Source: a virus
Taxonomy: Duplodnaviria > Caudoviricetes
DNA length: 64,000 nucleotides
Strand: one strand, 5' to 3'
Virus record (IMG/VR): IMGVR_UViG_3300025608_000011
Coordinates: 34,439 to 98,438 of that record
A program made the position numbers and the translations under genes. The notes under the pieces are model-generated. The model did not search any database and was not told where the DNA came from. It worked only from the letters and a program-made list of their open reading frames with translations. Below, piece by piece: positions 1 to 12,600 of the stretch; the first letter of the stretch is position 1; the number at the start of each line of letters is the position of its first letter.

Positions 1-1
1 T

Positions 2-631
2 CCAAGTAGTAGTAATATTTTAGATTTATATTTGCTTACAAAAGGATACGACACACTTTATAGACAATGGTTGCAAAATGCAGTTTCTAGTGAACCATTG
101 CCTCCTAGCAGTGATAGTTTATTTAGAAGTTACGGCACTGATCTTAATAAAATTAAATCAGTTAGTGATGAACTAATTTATCATCCTGTTAAGTACAAAA
201 ACTTATTTGGATCAAAGGCTGAAGAAGTGCTACAAGCAAAATTTAAAATTGTTAAAAACAAAGATATTGTGCTTAATGATAACGACATAAAAGCAAGAGT
301 CATTAGTGCAATCAATCAATTTTTTGCATTAGAAAATTGGGACTTCGGTGAAACATTTTACTTCTCAGAATTGTCAGCATATGTAATCAACGAACTTGCT
401 CCGGATATTAATACTTTTGTTATAGTACCAACACAAACTAACAAAGCATTTGGTACGATGTACGAAGTAAAATGCGAAACAGACGAAATTTTTATTAGTA
501 GTGCAACAGTAGATGATGTAGAAATTATAGATGCAGTAACAGCAAGTCAACTACAAGTTTCTGGATCTATATCAACTGCACTACCAACAAGTAATCAAGT
601 TATAACCAGCTCCGGAGGAAGTACTTACTAA
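2..631 (+). CDS. Baseplate wedge subunit (T4 gp6-like), C-terminal part; 5' end outside window
   Basis: Frame is open from base 2 (PSSSNILDLYLLT...), so the TTG at 32 is not the true start. WDFGETFYFSEL resembles a gp6/baseplate-J C-terminus. Directly precedes the giant structural gene. Confidence 0.6.
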   Translation, partial: PSSSNILDLYLLTKGYDTLYRQWLQNAVSSEPLPPSSDSLFRSYGTDLNKIKSVSDELIYHPVKYKNLFGSKAEEVLQAKFKIVKNKDIVLNDNDIKARVISAINQFFALENWDFGETFYFSELSAYVINELAPDINTFVIVPTQTNKAFGTMYEVKCETDEIFISSATVDDVEIIDAVTASQLQVSGSISTALPTSNQVITSSGGSTY

Positions 632-3600
632 TGGCTTACGATAATAATCAATCCGATCCAGCACTACCAGTAGGTGATGACGAAAACAGAGAAAGTTATA
701 ACTTTTTACCTAAATATTTTAGAACTAATTTTAACAAAAAGTTTTTAGCCAGTACTCTTGATCAATTATTACAACCTGGTGTAGCTGAAAAAGTAAACGG
801 TTTTATCGGCAGACGAATAACCAAAGCATATACTTCTGATGACAATTATGTAGGCGATGTATCTTTAAACAGAATTAATTATCAATTAGAACCAGCAGTT
901 CTTATCGAAGATACAATTGGTAATACTGTATTTTATAAAGACTATATGGATTATATCAATCAACTTAAAAACTTTAAAGTTGATGTTGACGATCATAATA
1001 AACTAAACGAACAAGAATACTATTCATGGGATCCTTTAATTGATTGGGATAAGTTTGTAAACTTCCGCGAGTATTATTGGTTACCTTACGGACCACAAAC
1101 TATAGGAATATTAGGACAGTCAGCAGATGTAGAAACAGAAATTCAGGTTATTGCAAGAGACAATGCTGATAACAAAGGTTACGTTTTCTTTCCTGACGGT
1201 CTAACACAAAATCCTAATATTCGTTTATATAGAGGGCAAACCTATACATTTACGATTAACACACCGGGTAAGCCGTTCTATATAAAAACTGCAAGTCGAG
1301 CAGGAGAAGACTTTATCTATAATGACGGAGTTAGTGAGCAAGGAGTTGAAGAAGGTAGTATTACTTTCACAGTTGATAACGACACTCCTGATTTACTATA
1401 CTATGTAGATGAAAACGACCCTAATACTTACGGCTTGTTTATTGTTTTAGACATTGATGAAAATAGTTTTATAAATGTAGAAGACGAAATTCTGGGAAAA
1501 TTAAATTATACCAGCGGTAATAATATAAAATTATCTAACGGTATGAAAGTAGAATTTAAAGGAAAAGTTACTCCAGAAATCTACGGCGAAAGTGCTTATT
1601 ATGTAGAAGGTGTAGGCGCTGGAATAAAATTAATACCAGAAAAAGATTTAGAAATTCCTAATCAATTTGCCGCAGACCAATTAATACCTTTTGACACAAA
1701 TGCATTTGATAGATTGCCTTTTGGTAATGCTGCTTCTTACCCTGCAGAAAAAGATTATATTACTATCAATAAAAGTGCTGTCGATGGTAACGCCTGGTCA
1801 AAGTACAACAGATGGTTTCATAAAAGTGTAATCGAGCAAAGCGCAGAAATTAATGGCCAGCCTGCAGATCTTAATCAAGATGCTAGAGCAAAACGACCTA
1901 TTATAGAATTTAAAAGCGGTGTTAAGTTATATAATTTTGGAGTAAAAGAAAAACCAGCAGTAGACCTAGTTGACACGTTTACAACTGATGTATTTTCTAC
2001 AATAGAAGGTTCCGCTGGATATAATATTGACGGTGTTGATATAAGTGAAGGTATGCGTATACTCTTTACAGCTGATACAGATATTTTAGTAAAGAACAAA
2101 ATATTTGAAGTTAAATTTATCACCCAACAAAACAGCGAAAATATTGTAGACCGACGTCAAATTGCATTAATCACTGTTGACGATACAGACCCTGTAGAAG
2201 GCGAAACAGTTTTAGTTAAGCAAGGTGACGAAAATCGTGGCGCAATGTGGCATTATACTTCTGGAGTTTGGTATAAAGGACAACAGAAAACCAGAGTAAA
2301 TCAACCACCGAAATTTGATTTATTCGATGCCAACGGCGAAAATTTAAAAGATTCTACTACGTATCCTTCTAGTGACTTTACTGGAGTAACAATATTTGAA
2401 TATGCTCAAGGTACAGGAACAGCAGACACTGAACTAGGATTTCCTCTTACATATAGAACCATCGAAAATGTTGGTGACATTACATTCAATTGGACTTTGC
2501 CTAATCAAGAAGTTAGATATCAAGATAACACACAATTACAAAGTGCTGTATACAAAACAAGCGAATCGTATCTTAAAGTATATGACGAAACCCTAGATTT
2601 TTCATATCATAACGGTTGGGCAAAAGGTTTTAGAAAATCCTATCAGCCAGTGTTAAGACAATATGTTGTAGATTCTACTCAGACAAATCTCTTTGAAATT
2701 GATATGTATGACTCTGCTGGAGTATTAAGTGATTTAGAAGTTAAGGTATTTGTTGACAATGATTTTAAACAAGACCGCATTGATTATGATATTGAAAATA
2801 TAAACAATAGGTTATATGTTAACTTTAACACAGATTTAGATGTAGGCCAAAAAGTTGTTTTTAGAACAAAAAGTTCAGCTCCGTGTAACGGCAACGGATA
2901 TTACGAAGTTCCAAAGAATTTAGAACGTAATCCGCAGAACAACGACTTTACTACTGCTACACTTGGGTCAATCAATGATCATTTAAACACTATGATAGAT
3001 GATTTACCAGGATTTTCTGGAGAAATATTTGGTGTCAATAATGTAAGAGATCTAGGCGACATTGCAAAGTACGGTAATAGATTTGTAAAACACTCTAATA
3101 CTTTACCTTTAACAATGTTCCATGTAACAAACAAAGAGTACAATATTAAAAAAGCAATAGATTTTGTTGGCAATGAATATGCAAAGTTTAAAAGACAATT
3201 TTTAACTGAAGCAGAAACACTAGGTTTTGATGCTGCTCCTGCTGAAATGGTAGACAGAATTTTACAAAATCTTACTAGAGATAAAGATCCTAGCATGCCA
3301 TTTTATTTTTCACAAATGGCTGGATTTGCAAACGCAGTAACTCGTGATTATGAAGTTGTCGATGTTGACAGTGTTTTCTTTGCGTTATCGCAACCTTTCG
3401 ATATACAAGAAATATCGCCAAGAGCAGTTTATGTTTATCAGAACGAAATACAATTAACCTATGGCAAGGATTATACCTTTGACAGCGAAGGATTTTGTAT
3501 TGTAAACACAGAAAAACAATTAGGTGATAGAATTGTAATTAAAGAATTTGAATCTACTGACGGATCTTATATTCCTCCTACGCCTACTAAACTAGGAATA

Positions 3601-6600
3601 TTTCCTAAATACGAGCCAAAAATTTATGTAGATGACACATATCTATCAAACACAAAAGTAATCCAGGGACACGATGGAAGTATTATTCATGCATTTGATG
3701 ATTACAGAGACGATCTTGTATTAGAGTTAGAACTTAGAATATACAATAATATCAAGCAAACCTATAATGAAAGACTGTTTAATATCTATGATATTATATC
3801 AAGTTCTGATAGAAATACAGGTGTAAGCAAGCAACAAATTGACTCAGTTTTAATACCTGATTTTATAGCCTGGGCAAAACTAGCCGGTAACATTGATTAT
3901 AGTACTAATGTAATCTTTAATGAATTTAATTCGTTTACTTATAATTATTCTAGTATGGTTGATCCTAACGACAATGTGTTACCAGGATTTTGGAGATCTA
4001 TATACAAAAATTATTTAGACACTGATCGTCCGCATACTCATCCCTGGGAATGTCTTGGTTTTTCAATTATGCCAAGTTGGTGGGAAGACGAGTACGGTGC
4101 AGCGCCTTACACTAGCAACAACTTGCTAATGTGGGAAGATATAGAGCAAGGAATTATTAGAGCCCCTGGTGTACCTGCAGAAGAAAACTCTAAGTATGCA
4201 AGAACAAATTTAACTTCCTATATTCCTGTAGATGCGCAAGGAAATTTACTAAGTCCTTATAATACTGGATATGCTCAAGGTTATGTACAAAAACTAGCAA
4301 AAGCAGAGTGGAAATTTGGCGACGAAGCTCCTGCTGAAACAGCATGGAGGCGCTCTAGTCATTATAGATACAGTTTATTAAAAGCAATGCTTTTAAATAA
4401 ACCTGGCGAATTAATTACAAAATTATTCGATCTTTCTAGATTAAAAGTTAATTTAGCAGATCAAATTGTTCATGTTGATACAGAACAGCCTATAAAAATA
4501 CAAGATTTAGTTTTTCCTAATGTGTATTCTGATACTGCAAGAATTGCTACAAGAGGTCTTGTAAATTTTGTAAGCGATTATCTAAATAGCGATGTTGTAA
4601 AATCATACGAAGAATACAAAACCTATTGTCAAAACTTAGATGTAAAGCTAGGTTATAAACTAGGCGGCTATTCGGACATTTCTAAATTTAATCTTGTATT
4701 AGATAGTAGAACTCCGCTGAATAAAGGAAACGTATTTGTACCACAAGAAAACTACGAAATTAAATTCAATACAAGTAGTCCAATAGAAACAATTACATAT
4801 AGTGGCGTAATCATAGAAAGAACAGGTGCTGGATATATTGTTCAAGGATACGACAGGACTACTTCTAGTTTTACAGTTCTAGAACCAATAACTAAAACCA
4901 CAGATCCAACTATTAACGTAGGTGGAGTTACAGAAGAGTTTATAGAGTGGGCAGAAGATCAACAATATGTTGCAGGGTTAAATGTAAGGTATAACAGCGA
5001 GTATTACCGTGTAAAAACGCAGCATGTGAGTGAAGCAACGTTTGATATAGATAAATTTGCTAAACTTCCGTTTTTACCTACAGTAGGAGGCAGAGATGCT
5101 TTATTCCGCAGAAGTTTTGCAGAAAGAACTTTAGAAGTTCCGTACGGTACTCTTTTTACAGAAATACAAGAAGTAGTAGACTTTTTATTAGGGTATCAGG
5201 CGTATTTAGAATTACAAGGGTTTGCATTTGACAGATTTAACGATAATTTAGAAACTGTAGAAAATTGGGACCTAAGTGTTAAAGAATTTTTATTCTGGAC
5301 AACACAAGAATGGGGCGAAGGCTCTCTAATATCACTAAGTCCGTGTGCAAGTCAAATTAAATTCCAAAAGCCTTATAGAATTGTAGATAATATTTTTGAT
5401 AATTTCTATGACTATAGCATATTAGATATTAATGGTCAACCTCTAGATAGACGATTTATTTCTATTGCTAGAGACGGCAACGAATTTACATTAACTCTAA
5501 AAAATACTGCTGCAGGAATTTATTCACTGCAATTACCTTTAGTACAAAAAGAACATGTTTTAGTTCTTGATAGCAGAACTGTTTTTAATGATGTTTTATA
5601 TAATGCTGAACTAGGGTATAGACAAGATAGAATTTTTGCAATAGGCTACAAGAGCACCAGCTGGGACGGCAGTGTAAATATTCCTGGCTTCTTATATGAC
5701 GAAGTTGTTATCCAAGATTGGTCTCCGTATACAGATTATAATGTAGGCGATGTAGTAAAATATAAAGAGTACTATTATATTTCTAAATTTAAAAATCCTG
5801 GCGAAGAAACTTTTAACGAAAACGAATACATTAAGTTAGATGAAAAACCTACAAGTCAACTGACTACAAATTTAGATTATAGAACAGTACAGTTTGCAGA
5901 TTTTTACGATTTAGATACTGATAATTTTGACGCAAGTCAACAAAAACTTGCTCAACATTTAATAGGCTATCAAAAACGTGATTATCTAGCAAATATAATC
6001 AACGATGACGTTAGCCAGTACAAATTCTACCAAGGATTTATTAGAGAGAAAGGTACTCGTAATGCATTTGACAAATTATTTGACGTACTTGGAAGTTCAG
6101 ACAAAGATAGTTTAGAGTTTTACGAAGAATGGGCAATTAAACAAGGTCAATATGGTGTTGCCGACGGTTTTGAAGAAGTAGAATATGTGTTAGATGAATC
6201 ACAATTTAAAGCTCAACCGCAAGCAGTAGAGATTGTAACCTTAAAACCTAGTAATCCGTTAGATTTAATTTATCGTGTCAACGACGCAGATACACTTGTA
6301 CAACCTACTAATTATAATACTGCGCCATTTCCTACAAAATATACACAGCAAGAATTTAGTAAGACTGCTGGCTATGTAAACATGGAAGATGTAGATCACA
6401 GTGTTTATCTATACGATGACATTATAAACTTAAACATCGACGACGTAAATGTTGATAATTTTATTTGGGTAGCAAATAAAAACAATGACTGGGATGTTCT
6501 AAAACATGTTAGCACAACTATAAAAATATCAAGCATTATTGCAGATAGCACTGGTATGATACTAAACGCTACTAGAACAGTAACAGGTGTGTCCGAGGGC

Positions 6601-9600
6601 GATGTTATAGGTTTATATAATGCTGAAGACAACGATGCATTTTATAAAGTTGTAACAGTTAGTAATAATGTAATAATCATTGACGCTGAATTTGCAGAAT
6701 TAGAAACAGTTAATGCATTTGTAAGTGTATTTGAATCTGTTAGACTTGCTGATTACGAAACAATTAAAACCATGCAACTAACCGAAGAAGGCAATAAGTT
6801 TTGGATCGATAGCGATTCAAACGGCAAATGGAATGTCATTAATCAAACAAAACAATTTACTGAGCTTAATAAAATAGAAAATAATGCATATTATAACAGT
6901 TCTACTTTTGAAAATTTTGGTACTAGTTTTGATGTGGACGCATCTAATACATGGATGGCAGTAGGAGCCCCAGAAGATAATAAAGTTTACATTTATAGAA
7001 GAGCGTCTGACGGAGCAAATTGGTTTTTAAGTGAAACACTAGAGCCTTTTAGCGGATTCGCCGATACAATTGATCAATTTGGTATTAGCGTAGCTATGTC
7101 AAAAGATAATCAAAAATTAATAGTAGGCGCACCTAAGCTATCTAATGCAAAGTCTTACTATCAAGGTAACTTTGTAGAAACTAACCAGTATACAAAGAAT
7201 CAAATAGTAACTTATAAAAATACGTTATGGCAGGCTGTAAGAACAATTGAACCTGGCTTAGCATCGCAAACTTTCGAAAGTTTTAACTTCTACGAAAACA
7301 TGGCTGTACAAGACAGTACTGCTTTAAATTTATTGATTGTAGGCGATAACATCTTTGACGGCGAAACTACTTCGCATATGTTAGTAGTAGCGCCAGAAGA
7401 CCAATACAACGGTAGTAAAGCAGGTGACAGAACTGTTCTACGTTGGAATATTAACAGTTTCATTAACACATTTGGTTATACACCGTTTGCAGGAGCAATA
7501 CCAGAATTAGAAACATTTGTGAGTGGAACTCATACAATTGTTGATAAGATTGAGCAAGTCATTGTAGTTGCTAATACAGATAATTCTGTTATTGCTGGAG
7601 ATATTGTAACCAGCGATACAGCCAGCGGTGAAGTTGCATATGCAAGAGAAATTTTTAATTCTTCTATAATTTATCTTAAAAATGTAAGTGGACGTTTTGA
7701 CGAAACTGGTCGAATTGATCTAGCAAATGGATTATTTGTAGGAGAATATGCAGAACAATTCAGAGATGTTTACAATTCTACAAATGGTTTTTGGATGATA
7801 AACACTCCATCTTACGAAATACCAACAGGTGATAAAATAGATGAAGGTAAGGGTCTAGTATTTGTAGATTATTTGTTAGACACAGATACAAGAAATGCAT
7901 TTGATTACTATAATATTCTAGACAAAGTTGCGGATATAGGCCTACAAATCACACTCAACGATCAAGCAAGTTTTCTTGCACAATTAACATGGGAAGGCGA
8001 CAATAATAATTTACGTAGAGTTTATAACAATAATTTCTGGACAGTAAGATCAGATGTAGACTTTGCTAGTTCTAAAAACATAGGCGATTCATTTAGAATT
8101 CAAGTTCCAGGAGCAACAAATCTTCCACTTGCAAGAATAGATGCAGATTATATCAATGACGAGCATGCAATTTTTGACATCTGGGACGGATACATTGATT
8201 TTACGTTTGAAGAATTTGATCCAGAGACTAGAGATCCGTTTGAACCTACTCCTAGATACGAATATGATTCAGGATCGGGTACATTTGTAGATAACGGTAG
8301 CGGAACTATTGTTAAAGATTCTACTACAGGTGCAGAAGCTGAAGTAATGTTCTATCAACGTAATTTTAACGATGTAAGAATATATGTTAAGAATGTAACA
8401 GGATCATGGACTGATGGAGGAAGCTACGGAGAACCTTCAGAAATAATATACAAAGATTACGTGCAGGCCGGTGCGCTACAGCCTATGGGTGACATAGTTG
8501 GAACTAGTTTAGCTAACAGCAATATAGGTCCGTTGTTTGTAGTTAGAAATCCAAACGAAGAATTTAATCTTGCAACAGTACCAACTATCGTAGACGGCGA
8601 ATATTGGTTTTATGATAAAACTACAGTGTCTGGAGTTCCTAGAGAACCTAATATTCCTAGTAGTAACAACAATGACTGGACACAGGTATACAATATTCCC
8701 TTATCAGATTTAGGAACCACAGATCAAGGGTACACAGATCAAGGAGCATATTTTGTTTATGAAAAATCAGGCACCACATTTACCCTAGTAGGTGCTTATG
8801 TTGTTCCTGAAACAGCTCAAGATTTAGAATTAGGTTCTTCTGTAAAAATAAGCATCAACGGCGATACAACAAATATTTTTGTAGGCGCTCGCGGCGGCAT
8901 AGGAAAATTATTCTTTGTCAAACACACCGAAGAACTAGGATATGCATTAGATCGTGATGAAAATTATAGAGGAGCATTCGATTCAGAATTGTTCTACCGT
9001 ATAGGTGAAATTGTAGTAAACAGCGATACTTTATATGTTGCAATTACAAATGTATCACCTGGAGCATTTGATGCAAATGATTGGGAAGAAATTACCACTC
9101 CAGTAACTTACTTAGGTTATCTTCCTAGCAATGCACAAGTTACAATCGGTGATGACACTTATTACTCTATTAGAGAAGATTTAGATATTTTACGATTCGC
9201 AGATAACTTTACTGTTGATACAACTGGAGATGTTTTAGTTTGTGCAGTATCAAAACAACTTACTGATAGTGTTACAGATGAAACATTGGTGGTTTATAGA
9301 AAACAAGACGGTAAGTTTATTTTAGATCAAGTTATTGATGCAGACATTGCTGATACACGATTCGGTAGTAGTATTAGTTTAAGCCCTGACGGAAAAACTT
9401 TGTTTGTAGGCGAACCGTACAACGATGTCGACAAAGACGAAGAAGGCAATGTAATTAATACTGTTGCAAATAAAGGCACAGTAAGTGTTTACGAATTAAA
9501 AGACTCTGGATTTGACTTAACTCAACGATTAATAAGTCCAAATGTAGAAGTAGACGATCAGTTTGGATTTAAAGTACATGGATTAAACGACAGTGTTGCT

Positions 9601-12600
9601 GTCACTAGCAGTCGTGGAGACATTACTTTAGATACAACATTTAATGTACACTCACAACTAGTAGAATTTTCAAATTTAATATATGGAACTGATTATGTTT
9701 TAGACAAAGATAGTGAGTTAAGCGGACAAGAAACCTTATTTGACAATGGCTTTACAACTTTCTTTAAAACTAATAAGAATATCGGAAGTGTGCATGTATT
9801 TGAAAAAGTAGATACTACATATATTCCTGCACAGTCTTTAGAAACAGATCTGGAAGACATGGTAGGCTACGGCAAAGAAATATTATTCAATAATAATCAC
9901 GTATACATTGCTAATCCTACATATACTGATAGCGAAACATATCAGGGAATTGTACAAGATTTTAGAAAAGAAAGAAATAGTAAATGTATTGAAATAATTA
10001 GATCGCCAATTGACATGGTAGATTTAGAAAAGATAAAAGGAATATTTTTATACAATACGGATACTAATCAGCTGATAGAACGACTAGACTTTATAGATCC
10101 TATTCAAGGCAAAATTGCAGGAATAGCTGATCAAAATATTAGTTATAAAGTACACTATGATCCTGCTGTGTATTCTGTAGGAACAACTCAAGTTACTGTA
10201 GACGAACTAGCAACTTGGGGAGAACGACAAGTTGGACAACTATGGTGGAATCTTAGTCAAGGACTGTGGGTTAATCCTTACCAAGGAAATACAATATATC
10301 AAACAAATACATGGAATACATTATTTGAAGGTACAGATGTAGAAGTATGCGAATGGGTAGAAAGTAATTATCTTCCTTCAGAATGGGCAGAATTGGCAGA
10401 CACAGAAGAAGGTCTTAATGAAGGTATAAGCGGACAACCTAAATACGGTGATGAAATTTACGTACAAAAATCAATTTTTGACTCAGTTTCGCAAACATTC
10501 TCTAATAAGTATTATTTCTGGGTGTCAGACAAAGTTATTGTTCCTGATCTAGCACCAAGAACAATTAGTTGTAACGAAGTAGAAAACTTAATTAGAAACC
10601 CGCATATCCAAGGATATAAATTTGTAAGCCTATTAAAAGATAATAAATTTATAGTTCATAACTGCGATGGATTATTATCTGACAGAGATGTTGCTATTAA
10701 TTTCCAATATTGGACAGTAGATGATACAACTAGAAATATTCACTCTCAGTATCAAATTATCACAGAAGGACTTGCAACCAGCACTCCGAATAGAGATATA
10801 GAACAAAAATGGTTTGATAGTTTAGTTGGTTATGACGCTTATGACAGGCCAGTTCCTGATATTAATTTAAAGGCAAAACAACAATACGGAGTACTTAATA
10901 AACCAAGACAAAGTATGTTTGTCAATAAGGTAGAAGCTCTAAAACAACTTATAGAAAGAACTAATTCTACTCTTAAAAACTATTTAATTGTAGATGATTA
11001 TGACTTGGATAGATTGTTTGAAAAAGAAGCACCACCGTCTATATCTACAAATTTATACGATTTAATTTTAGATACAGAACAAGAACTTCAATTTGTAGGT
11101 ACAGCTAGATTAAAAACTGCACAATTAACACCTGTAATTGTTGAAGGATCTATTACTAGAGTTGACATTGTTGATCCAGGCAGAGGATATCTAGTGCCAC
11201 CGTCGTATAAAGTAGACGGTATTGGATCAGGAGCAGTATTAGAGTTTGAACTAAACTCGTCTGGCGGAATAGCAAACGTAGTTGTTGTGTCAGGCGGAGA
11301 CAAATACACCGACGAAACAACGGTTACTTTAAGAAACTTTAGTGTTCTTGTAAATGCTGACTCTAGTGCTAGAGGACGTTGGACACTATCTAGATGGAAT
11401 TTTGATTTAGAAGAATGGGAAAAGATTACTGCACAGCAATATGATACAAGTCAGTATTGGAACTATGTAGATTGGTATGCCGACACATACAGCGAGTTTA
11501 GTAAAATAGATTATATAATAGATCAAAGTTACGAATTAGATTTCTTAGAATCTGAAGTAGGCGATCTCGTGAAGATTAATAATGTAGGTACAGGTGGCTG
11601 GCTATTATTAGAACAAATAGACGATCAAGAAAATGTTGACTACACAGTAAACTTTAAGACAGTAGGTAGACAGAACGGTACTATCCAGTTTAAGAATACT
11701 CTTTATGATACAGCTGCAAATAAAATAGGTTATGATAGTGATACGTTTGATTTAACATTCTATGATAATCTACCTATCACAGAAACTCGTGTTATCTTAG
11801 AAACTTTACGAGATAGTATTTTTGTTGATGAGCTTGCTATACATTATAATGAGTTGTTCTTTGCAAGTGTAAGATATGCGTTCAGCGAACAAAATTACAT
11901 AGATTGGGCATTTAAATCTAGTTTTGTAAAAGCAAAACATAATGTAGGAAATCTTGAGCAAAAAATTAATTTTGAAAATGACAATTTAGAAAATTATGAA
12001 GACTTTATCAACGAAGCTAAACCTTTTAGAACTAAAGTAAGAGAGTTTATAAGTTCTTACGAATCCGCTGATACTGCTCAAAATTTTGTTAGTGATTTTG
12101 ATTTACCGCCTTATTATAATGAATCGTTAAGAAAAATTACCACACGTAATTTTACATATGACAACGGAACAATATCTAGTGTAAGTGAAGGAGCATTAAG
12201 TTATCCAGACTTAGCGTGGCAAGAAAATAACAAGTTCCAACTTGTGGATATCAAAATTGCAGACAGCGGCAACGGATATATTCAAGCTCCGCAGGTTGTA
12301 TTTGACGTTGAAACAACAGCTAAAGCAGTAGCATATGTAAGCAACGGAAAAGTAAATGCAATAGAAATACTTGATGTAGGCAATGGATTTACAAAAACAC
12401 CTGTAATTACAATCGAAGGCGGATTAGACGAAGGTGGCACGGCAGCTAGAGCAGTTGCTATCATCGGAGATAACGTAGTCCGCTCTGCTAGAACAGTTCT
12501 TAAGTTCGATAGAATTCAAGGCAGATACGAAATTAATGAAATCGCAGAAACAGAAACATTTGTAGGCGGAACAAATACCACAGTGTTTACATTAAAATGG